From positions 124,001-188,000 of the forward strand of contig NIVC01000536.1 of the NCBI GenBank assembly GCA_002269645.1: 64,000 bases of DNA, given 5' to 3'. Made by a program: the position numbers and the translations under genes. The stretch comes from Macrostomum lignano. Its lineage: Eukaryota. The notes beneath the pieces were generated by a model that saw only the letters and a program-made list of their open reading frames with translations, searched no databases and had not been told where the DNA came from. Of this stretch, positions 37,520 through 47,900 are shown in pieces. Numbering within the stretch: position 1 is the first letter of the stretch; every line of letters begins with the position of its first letter.

Positions 37520-40500
37520 ATGAAGTCAAACACGAAAAACACAAAGAACTTTGGAACCGACTTACTCAGAGCAATTAATTCAGGAAACCTGACATCAATT
37601 GACCATTTCATACAGCATGCAAGCGATGTTGACTCTTTTTATCAGCTCTTTGACACTAAAGGATCGCTGCTATACCTGGCAGCATCTGTGGGTCAAGAGG
37701 CTATTGTACAAAGACTGCTGCAAGCTCAAGCCGACGTCAATCTTAAAGCCGCAGATGGCGACTCGTCCTTACATGTAGCTGCAAGAAACGGCCATTACCG
37801 TGTTGTGAAAATCCTCATCGAAGCACAAGCCGATCTTGATATTCAAACAAAGAGAGGAGCCACGCCACTCTACATTGCGGCCATGAGAGGCCATCATGAG
37901 GTGGCTAGGTTACTAACTAGTGCGCAGGCCGACCTCAATGTTCAACAAGTGCACGGAGCAACAGCACTATACATTGCCGTGCAGGAGGGTCATCGCAAAG
38001 TTATTGAGTCGCTTATAAACGCTGGTGCCGACGTCAACATTAAAATAAAGAGCGGAGAAGGACCATTGCACTATGCCTCCCAGTCTAATCTTCACTCGTT
38101 GGTTGACATACTGCTACGAGCCTACGCTGATCAAAACATTCTTCAGGATGAGGGCGCTTCGCCTCTGATAGTTGCTTGCCAGTTGGGCCACTTAGGCATG
38201 GTAGAAAGGCTTTTGAGTGCCATGGCCGATCCATCTGTGGAGTCTACCGCTGGCTTCACAGCACTGCACTTGGCGGCGCAGAATGGGCATCATCGGATTG
38301 TGCAAATTCTGATGAATGCCGCAGCCGAAACGGTTCACAAGGATTGGCAGGGATATTCACCGCTTTATATGGCCGCCCAGAACGGGCACACTCGAGTTGT
38401 CCAGGCTTTTATTGCCGCCCAGGTGAATGTCGATCTCCAGACTAAATATGGTGCTACACCTCTGTATATTGCTGCCGGTAAGGGAAAAAACGACATGGTG
38501 AAGCTGCTTCTTGGAGCGCAGGCGAACATGGATATTAAGCGTCATATGACGAGCGACTCGCCGCTTTACATCGCGTCTCAAATGAACAACAGCCGTGTCG
38601 TTGAAACTCTCGTCAAATTTCAAGCGGACTTGAGCTCACAAATTAGCAATGGCTTCACACCACTTCACATCGCTGCTCAGGAGGGACACCAGAAGGTGGT
38701 TAATGTTCTGTTACGAGCTGGTGCCAATGCCAGTCTTCGGGATTTCAACGGATTTTCGCCACTCTACTTCTCAGCCCAGAATGGGCATCGGAAAGTGGTG
38801 GATGCACTGGTCACTCAAGCCAACGCGGATGTCAATATACAAGGGTTCGATGGAGAAACAGCATTGCACGCTGCGTCCCAGCTGGGCCATCATGGAATCG
38901 TACAGGTGCTCATTAAGGCACTATCGGATCCTGACGTTCAACAGTTGCACGGCTGTACAGCAATCTACCTGGCTGTGCAAAACGGGCACAGTAAAGCAGT
39001 GGATGTGCTGATCGAGGCGCAGGCTGACGCTAACATTCAGCCATCAAAATGCAGTCCTCCGTTGTACTCAGCAATACTTAAAAATCACAGGGAGATGGTA
39101 GAGAATCTCATTATAAAGTCCAGGGTCGATGTTAATCAGCAACGAATCGATGGCATCGGTGATTCGCCGCTTTATTTGGCAGTGGAAAGCGACAATCGAA
39201 ACTGGGCGATCAGGATGCTGCTGCACGCTCAGGCGGACGTGAATCTGCAGACTAGCCGCTTAGGCTGGTCACCGCTGCACCTGGCCTCACACGAAGGCTG
39301 CTTGAAAGCCGTTAAAGCTCTGGTCGCAGCTCAGGCCGACGTTGACTTGGCGACGCTAAGCGGTGAATCCCCAATCGCCTTAGCAATCCGACAGGGCCAT
39401 AATCAGGTGATCGAAGAGCTCAACAAAGCGGAGGCAACCACTTTTCCGAAAGTTCCTTTAATTCATGAGCTTCAGCCCGCGACCGAAGTGACGGGACAAG
39501 TTTTGCAGGAATCTGTGTAAGTAATAATATCTTTTTTAGTGACATGCTTATTTGTTGTGTTCATTTGTTGCTGAAGTGTACCACCAGCTCAATTTCTTTC
39601 AGCTCAGATCCAAGCGACTCGGATCTCAGCCGTCGCCTTCACTCTAGTCTTGTTAAGTCAGGATTCGTTCACTCGAGGGCCACCCTGCAGAGTGCAGTGT
39701 CCGACGTTCTGCAGCAGATTCTGCGCCAGCGAGGCGTCAGACTATCGCAGGAGTACATGTTTATCGTTGGCAGCTACTCAGAAGGCTGGGGCAACAGTCT
39801 GACCTGCTTTGACGGAAAACCAGACGTAGAGTCTGACATTGACATGATGCAGCTATTCGTCGGCAGGAAGTATCACTTGAAAGGAAGCTGTCAGTGCAAG
39901 TCGGTGCCAGATTCGGAAAACTTTGTTCAGTACGAGAATGGTCACATCTTGTGCTCTGGATTCGGTAAGCTTTTCAAATCTTAGCTATATGCGTGTATAC
40001 TGTATTCTGCTGCACTCATAACTTACAAAAGATCAAAGATACTAATCAAAACATGCTGAATTGCCTGGGTGCCTTTTGTTCTGTGAGTGCAGTCGTGTTG
40101 TTCGAGGCTCTATACCTGACCGACAATTGACGGCGTTGTTAAAGGTGGTGGTCGAAACTGTCGAGACCATCCTGCTGTACAACGCCGAGATCTGACAGAT
40201 TCGCTCGAATAGATATTCGACGCAGCGCAGACTAGCCGCCGCAGTCCACCTCAGCAGTAGGTGCTACTGCTGAGGTGGAAGGCTCCCTACGTGCGAGGGA
40301 TCTTCGTCTTGGTACGTCTCGTCGACTGCCTGATGGCTGATGCTGGTGTCTCCACTCTGTCAGCGGTGCAGTCTACTTTCACGTCTAGGCCCACGCCTAT
40401 GCTGCCGCTTTTATGACTTTGCGGCGTATCGCTTTATTGTTGTTGATACGCAAAAATCGCACCACGATAGTTGACCTCTGACTAAATGCACTATGCTTGA

Positions 40501-41981
40501 CTTTCGCAGCGTCCAGTCCGGCCAGAGCCTCCATCGGATCGATCCTAGCCCAGCGGCCGGCCGTAGACCAAGTGAGCGCATGCGAGCTCTGCTCCTACCC
40601 GCCCGTGCTGCCGCTACAACCAGCCCGGTTAGTCAAGTCCAACATTCCCGAGAGGACTTTACGGTCCCTGCAAGCGGCATTGCAATCGCCCGACTTTCCC
40701 TGTCACGTCGTTCACGCAGCGCCGCCAGGGCAGGGAGGCGAGCAGCTCAGAGTGAGTACAACATTTCTAGAGAACCGGCTGCTGCGAAGCTTGAGTACCA
40801 TACAGGGCCAGGTGTTTGTGACTTTAAAGTATCTCGTAAAGAAGGTGATCGGGCGCAGGGTCAATGGAGTCAAAGCTTACCATGCCAAGACGCTGGTATT
40901 CCGCTTACTGGACGAAACACCAGCCCAGCGATGGCAGCCGGATCAGCTGGTGAGCCTCGTGAGACAGGCGCTGCTGATGTTGTTGGACGGGTTGGAGAAT
41001 AGCAACTTAACTGCAGACAATCGAATCTTGACTCATTACTTCTTAAACGACGCGGGCTTGTACCTCAAGGGCAGCGATCGCAGCAGCACTGACAGCATCG
41101 CAAGTGTGCTAAAAGACTCGATAAACCGGCTGCCAGAGTTGCTGACTGAATTTGAGAACAGCTTGCGACTAATCGATCCAACCGCAGGATTTCGCTTTCA
41201 TCCGTTTGTAGTCCTGCCGCAGTTGTATCCACACCAGACACCGCTACCGGATCCGACAGCTGTGGAGTACCATCAGATCTACGATGTTGTCTGCGAAGCC
41301 ATGCTGCTGCTGTCCAGCTCCGCTGTCAAAGACACGGAGTTTCTCGCTCGCCTTCTCGGCCGGCTACCAGACAGAGCTGCCTATTCGACTAGGGAGGCCC
41401 TGCGGGCCATGGCTGGCCTGAAGCTTGGCTACGAGAGCACTGCGAAGCGGATCCTGCTGCACAGCCTGGGCCATCAGACTGGCCGAGGCATACCCTGGTC
41501 GACTGCTGCCAGCGAAGTGACTAAAGACGAAGAAACAACAGAATACGTGTGGAAACACCTGAACGGCTGCGATTCAGCGTTCAAGTTTTGCCTCAGATTC
41601 GACCGGCGTCCCGTGTTCGAATTTCTGCCAAAATTTCCTAGAGACGTCTTTCCCACTTTTCTGCAACAGGTGAGCGTTACCGATTACTATATGAACTTCG
41701 ACGCTCTGCTCAGGTGTCTTCAGTTTGAGCTGCTAGCTACAGACACGACCCCTGGCGCAATGGCCTGGTTTAACGACGTTGCTAAACGACAGAGCGGCGA
41801 CGCGGACCTGCAAGAAGTGCTGACGGCTCTGCACTTCTGTCCGGACGCGGAGCTGCTGGATGAACTGGTCAGCAGCCACGAAAGCATCGTGTCCGAAGCC
41901 ATCAATGCTGGCTGTAGCGAGGCGATAAGAGAATGGGAGCGATTTCTGCGGATTAAACAGGTGATTACAATGAGAAGCTGA
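37520..41981 (+). CDS. Ankyrin-repeat (~19 repeats) plus Mab-21/cGAS-like nucleotidyltransferase (cGLR-like) fusion with C-terminal extension, ~1276 aa; exons 37520..39516, 39603..39964, 40510..41981
   Basis: Exon 1 carries ~19 TPLH/Y.AA..GH..VV..LL..GADVN repeats. The ORF-track stop at 39518 lies inside a gtaagt donor (39517), and an 86-nt intron joins in frame to tttcag|39603. Exon 2 has the NTase motif IVGSYSEGWG...ESDIDMM. A phase-1 intron leads to exon 3 with AVDQVSA (third acidic residue) and the Mab-21 helical lobe LRVSTTFLENRLL...LKYLVKK...VKAYHAKTLVFRLLDETP..RW...LTHYF. Total 3831 nt, in frame. Confidence 0.85.
40130..40380 (+). mobile_element. Degenerate non-LTR retrotransposon (LINE) fragment, post-RT C-terminal region, in intron 2 of the ANK-cGLR gene
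   Basis: GTCGAGACCATCCTGCTGTACAACGCCGAGATCTG translates to VETILLYNAEI(W), resembling the RTE/CR1-type VES.LLYG.E.W motif, followed by frameshifted remnants. Confidence 0.5.
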
Positions 41982-42799
41982 TCAACTCATCAGTACCGGT
42001 AGTTTGTAATTTTCCTGCGATATTTTCTTTTCAGTCCGCAGCTTCAATTGCCGATCAAGTGATCATCGAGCCAATCCACGAGGAACAGCTGCAAACGGCA
42101 TTGGCTGGCACAGACTCCGGAGCAAATAAAGTGACGCAACTGTCATAAATTATAACTAAACTGTTGAGCTAACTACTAACCCTAAGCAATGTCCAACACG
42201 GTGTTACCAATGCCTCGTATTAATTAACAATCGAGGGTTTCCCGGCTTTCCTCACAGATTTACTGTCGAACACAACTTACTTCTGCATCACACTCAAACA
42301 CTGCAAATACTGCTCTAGTAGCAAACACTGCTCCTTGAAATGACTGATTGACTGATATGGGAACAAGACAGGTAAAAACTCCCCTCCCCCAGACTCGTCT
42401 TTTTTTACTATTTTTCGACTTTTTCAAATCGTACAATGTAACAAATGATAACCCTTTTGGCTGGAATTCAATTTACTAGATGCTATTTTTACTTTCAAAG
42501 ACTGTCTCGAAAACAGCCTTAAAGGTATTCCATATGAACTTTTCGTATAGTATCCCGAATTTAGAACTCTTCTACGCTTGTAAGCTTTCGCTTTTGCGTA
42601 TTTTGTTTTTTTACGTTTTCTATATCTCTTGTGCGACATCAATTCAGGGCTTCTGCACGAAAATTGACCGAGGGAGGTGTGTGCATCCGTGTGCGTGATC
42701 AGAGGTCAGCGAAATTGCTGCCCGCCTCCTCAGGGTCGACTGTGGCTTTTGGTTTGAAGCAGTGCCCGAAATACCCGCTGCAAACTACTTTAGATCTTC

Positions 42800-43745
42800 T
42801 TCTCCTACTGCTGTCTCTGTCTGCTTCTACTGCTGTCTTTATCTGCTTCTACTGCTGTCTCTATCAGCTTCTACTGCTGTCTTTATCTGCTTCTACTGCT
42901 GTCTCCCTCTGCTTCTACTGCTGTCTCCAACTGCTTCTACTGCTGTCTCCCTCTGCTTCTACTGCTGTCTTCCTGTGCTTTTACTGCTGTCTCCCTCTGC
43001 TTCTACTGCTGTCTCTATCTGCTTCTACTGCTGTCTCTATCAGCTTCTACTGCTGTCTTTATCTGCTTCTACTGCTGTCTCCCTCTGCTTCTACTGCTGT
43101 CTCCAACTGCTTCTACTGCTGTCTCCCTCTGCTTCTACTGCTGTCTTCCTGTGCTTTTACTGCTGTCTCCCTCTGCTTCTACTGCTGTCTCTATCTGCTT
43201 TTACTGCTGTCTTCCTGTGCTTTTACTGCTGTCTCCCTCTGCTTCTACTGCTGTCTCTATCTGCTTTTACTGCTGTCTTCCTGTGCTTTTACTGCTGTCT
43301 CCCTCTGCTTCTACTGCTGTCTTCCTGTGCTTTTACTGCTGTCTCCCTCTGCTTCTACTGCTGTCTCCCTCTGCTTCTACTGCTGTCTTTATCTGCTTCT
43401 ACTGCTGTCTCTATCTGCTTCTACTGCTGTCTTCCTGTGCTTTTACTGCTGTCTCTATCTGCTTCTACTGCTGTCTTCCTGTGCTTTTACTGCTGTCTCT
43501 ATCTGCTTCTACTGCTGTCTTCCTGTGCTTTTACTGCTGTCTCTATCTGCTTCTACTGCTGTCTTCCTGTGCTTTTACTGCTGTCTCTATCTGCTTCTAC
43601 TGCTGTCTTCCTGTGCTTTTACTGCTGTCTCCCTCTGCTTCTACTGCTGTCTTCCTCTGCTTCTACTGCTGTCTTCCTCTGCTTCTACTGCTGTCTTCCT
43701 CTGCTTCTACTGCTGTCTTCCTCTGCTTCTACTGCTGTCTTTATC
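42800..43745. repeat. ~22-bp tandem repeat (CTGCTTCTACTGCTGTCT[CTAT/CCCT/TCCT])n between the convergent ANK-cGLR and cytohesin genes
   Basis: Directly visible; source of the false Cys/Leu-rich ORFs. Confidence 0.95.
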
Positions 43746-44304
43746 TGTTTGTACCGCTATCACCTGTATTTATCTAATTAGTGATTTATTTTAAACACTA
43801 ACTCAGCAAATTCCTACATCATAACTATATAAACATGTAAAAAATAGACGAGCGAGCTTGCATAAACAATCAATCTTTCAGCAAATTAATGATTATGGAC
43901 ATCGATATTGCAGGGTCCGATGTTATTTATAATCTGTGTATTATTTCACAACAAAAATATAGTCTAAAAGACAAAATGAACCTGGCCTTTAAGCCAAACA
44001 CTCATTTATTCGATGCTACTGACAAGAGTAGTATTAAAAAATCAAATGATATTTTTCCAAATTAAAAAATATAGCCACAAATAAAGCAAGTAAGAAACTG
44101 CTTAGAAGCGTAATAATACTTAACGACGCGACAAAAATGAATAAACAAATTCCAATCTCAGAACAGACAATCACAGTATTGAGTTGCACTATTAATAAAA
44201 CTATTATTTTAAAGTAGATCAGCAAATCAGTATTTACAGCTCGATGTAGTCGAAAAATGGCAAAAATCAACGCATTCTGAAAGAGGTTTAATGAACATCA
44301 GATA

Positions 44305-44705
44305 GCCAGGATTGGGATAGATTCCCTAATTCCATGGGAAACTAAGAGATCAAGGATGCTGGGATTGGGATAGATTCCCTAATTCCATGGGAAACTAAGA
44401 GATCAGGGATGCTGGGATTGGGATAGATTCCCTAATTCCATGGGAAACCAAGAGATCAGGGATGCTGGGATTGGGATAGATTCCCAAATCCCATGGGGAA
44501 ACTAGGGGATCAGGGATGCTGGGAATTAGACCAGAGGATATCTTAGGGGATCAGGAATGCTAGGTTTGGGATAGGCTCCCAAATCCCACTGGGAACTAGG
44601 GGATCAGTGATGCTGGGATTGGCACAGATTCTCAAATCCCATTGGAAACTAAGAGCTCAGGAGTGGGAATGGGATTAAGGGATAACCTAGGGGATCAGGG
44701 AAGAT
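44305..44705. repeat. Degenerate ~53-bp repeat (GGGATCAGGGATGCTGGGATTGGGATAGATTCCCTAATTCCATGGGAAACTAA) x7
   Basis: Directly visible. Confidence 0.85.
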
Positions 44706-44918
44706 TATTTAATTGCAATAAAGACGATTTATATCTGCTACACATGTAATCTTTAAATCTGACACTAACCATGATAAAATAAAAATTAAGGAGTTGTGCG
44801 GAACGTACATTCTGTAGAACAGATTGGTCAAGCGATTATGCAGCGCTAATCTGTGCATGCGGCACGCACGGGCAGTCCTAGAACTGCCACATCCGTGAGG
44901 GAGCGCCGCAATCGCGAA

Positions 44919-47900
44919 TCACTGCGGCACGGGCTGCGGCTGGTAGCTTAAACTCCGCTTGACAGTGAAGAAGCGCTGCTCTTGAATGCTGTCCGTGAGG
45001 GCGCGAACCCAGGACTGCAGGTCGTCCAACGACTGGGCGGAGAACTTGTACACGCTGTGCCTGCCGGCCACCACCGAGTTGGACGAGTCGGTCTTGTACG
45101 CCTCGATCCGCTCGTCTCGATGGCTGAACAGCTCGAAGCAGAAGCTCTTAGCCTTGTCTGGCGCTTCGCGAACACCCAGATCCCTTAACTGTATGATCCC
45201 CTTGGGATAATTGCTGGACTTGTCAGCCAGGTAGCTGAGCTGGCCGCCGTGAAGCATGCAGTAGCGCCGCTTCCAGGTGCGCACCTTGCCGCCCTGGAGT
45301 TGCGTTGGGGTGTTAGATGAGATTGACAGCTGGGACAACCGCGGGGCAATCTTTATTAGCATTAGTATTAAATCCTTTCTTAGTTCAAAATCTCGCTAGT
45401 CAAAGCAATTGTTTTCAAAATCTCATTGCTCACGAATTATTGGTTTTTAAAATCTCATCTCTCACGAATTATTGTTTTCAAAATCTCATCCCTCACGAAT
45501 TATTGTTTTCAAAATCTCATCCCTCACGAATTATTGTTTTCAAAATCTCATCCCTCACGAATTATTGTTTTCAAAATCTCATCGCTCACGAATTATTGTT
45601 TTCAAAATCTCATCGTCACAAACTATTAGCTACAAAATCTCATCCCTCACGAATTATTGTTTTCAAAATCTCATCCCTCACGAATTATTGCTTTCAAAAT
45701 CTCATCCCTCACGAATTATTGTTTTCAAAATCTCATCCCTCACGAATTATTGCTTTCAAAATCTCATCCCTCACGAATTATTGCTTTCAAAATCTCATCG
45801 TCACAAACTATTAGCTACAAAATCTCATCGCTCACGAATTATTGTTTTCAAAATCTCATCGTCACAAACTATTAGCTACAAAATCTCATCCCTCACGAAT
45901 TATTGTTTTCAAAATCTCATCCCTCACGAATTATTGCTTTCAAAATCTCATCCCTCACGAATTATTGTTTTCAAAATCTCATCGCTCACGAATTATTGTT
46001 TTCAAAATCTCATCGTCACAAACTATTAGCTACAAAATCTCATCCCTCACGAATTATTGTTTTCAAAATCTCATCCCTCACGAATTATTGCTTTCAAAAT
46101 CTCATCTCTCACGAATTATTGTTTTCAAAATCTCATCCCTCACGAATTATTGCTTTCAAAATCTCATCCCTCACGAATTATTGTTTTCAAAATCTCATCC
46201 CTCACGAATTATTGTTTCCAAAATCTCATCCCTCACGAATTATTGTTTCCAAAATCTCATCTCTCACGAATTATTGCTTTCAAAATCTCATCCCTCACGA
46301 ATTATTGTTTTCAAAATCTCATCCCTCACAAACTATTAGCTACAAAATCTCATCCCTCACGAACTATTATCTGAATATTAGCTTTTGAACCCCCCCCCCT
46401 TAGAAAACGATTCGTTTCAGTTATTCACAAAGAAGACTCGCGCAATCCTTCAATTCAGCCGAACCCACCTGCTTGTACAGGTAGCCCTCCTTGATCACAT
46501 TGCACACGCTGTGCAGCAGGTCCTCAAAGGAATCGCCGCCATTATTAACAAACGGCTGCAGCCGGATGTCCTCGTAGATGTCGCGGACAAAGGCCCGGTC
46601 CAGGTCGCGCAGATCCGCCCTCTCCAGCATGGCCTGAAAGTCCTCCGGGCTGCCGATTCTGCGGGGGTGTGGGATCAGCTGATTGGATGTGGGATCAGCT
46701 GATTGAGTGTGGGATCAGCTGATTGGATGTGGGATCAGCTGATTGACTGTGGGATCAGCTGATTGAGTGTGGGATCCGCTGATTGGGTGTGGGATCCGCT
46801 GATTTAGGGTGTGGGATCCGCTGATTGGATGTGGGATCAGCTGATTGGGATGTGGGATCCGCTGATTGAGTGTGGGATCCGCTGATTGAGTGTGGGATCC
46901 GCTGATTGGGTGTGGGATCCGCTGATTGAGTGTGGGATCCGCTGATTTGGTGTGGGATCCGCTGATTGAGTGTGGGATCAGCTGATTGGGTGTGGGATCC
47001 GCTGATTGAGTGTGGGATCAGCTGATTGGGTGTGAGATCCGCTGATTGAGTGTGGGATTCGCTGATTGGGTGTGGGATCCGCTGATTGAGTGTGGGATCC
47101 GCTGATTGAGTGTGGGATCCGCTGATTGAGTGTGGGATCAGCTGATTGAGTGTGGGATCAGGGAAAGGTCGGGGAAAGGGGCACGAAGGGTCCGAGCCTG
47201 TGAGCCCACATCACCACAGATCCGCTGATTGGGGTGTGGGATCCGCTAATTGGGTGTGGGATCCGCTGATTTGGGGGTGTGGGATCCGCTGATTGGGTGT
47301 GGGATCCGCTGATTGGGGTGTGGGATCCGCTGATTGGGTGTGGGATCCGCTGATTTGGGGGTGTGGGATCCGCTGATTGGGTGTGGGATCCGCTGATTTG
47401 GGGGTGTGGAACCCGCTGATTGAGGTGTGGGATCAGCTGATTTGGGGGTGTGGGATCCGCTGATGGGTCAGATGGGATCAGCTGATTTAGAGGAAGGAAG
47501 CGCGTCGTACGCGAGACTGTGGAGGATCGCAGCCAGGGTCAGTACGCGAACCCGGGTCGGGGAAAGGGGCACGAAGGGTCCGAGCCTGTGAGCCCACATC
47601 ACCACAGATCCGCTGATTAGGGTGTGGGATCCGCTAATTGGGTGTGGGATCCGCTGATTGGGTGTGGGATCCGCTGATTGGGTGTGGGATCCGCTGATTG
47701 GGGTGTGGGATCCGCTGATTGGGTGTGGGATCCGCTGATTTGGGGGTGTGGAACCCGCTGATTGAGGTGTGGGATCAGCTGATTTGGGGGTGTGGGATCC
47801 GCTGATGGGTCAGATGGGATCAGCTGATTTGGGGGTGTGGGATCCGCTGATTTTCGGGTGTGGGATCAGCTGATTTGGGGATGTGGGATCTGCTGATTTT

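Noticed and set aside
37508-39520. Stand-alone 670-aa ankyrin protein as given in the ORF track
   Set aside because: The start is a TTG upstream of the real ATG (37520), and the stop overlaps a consensus gtaagt donor that splices in frame to the NTase exon.
42631-43794. Cys/Leu-rich 'membrane protein' ORFs in three frames
   Set aside because: A 22-bp tandem repeat lacking stops in all plus-strand frames.
43760-44292. Possible piggyBac-like element ending GAAAGAGGTTTAA
   Set aside because: No matching left TIR and no clean TTAA duplication.
46385-46405. G-run as a Gly micro-exon for the cytohesin PH loop (ctaag-G8-gttc on the minus strand)
   Set aside because: It leaves 8 nt between AG and GT (frameshifting) and the donor is poor.
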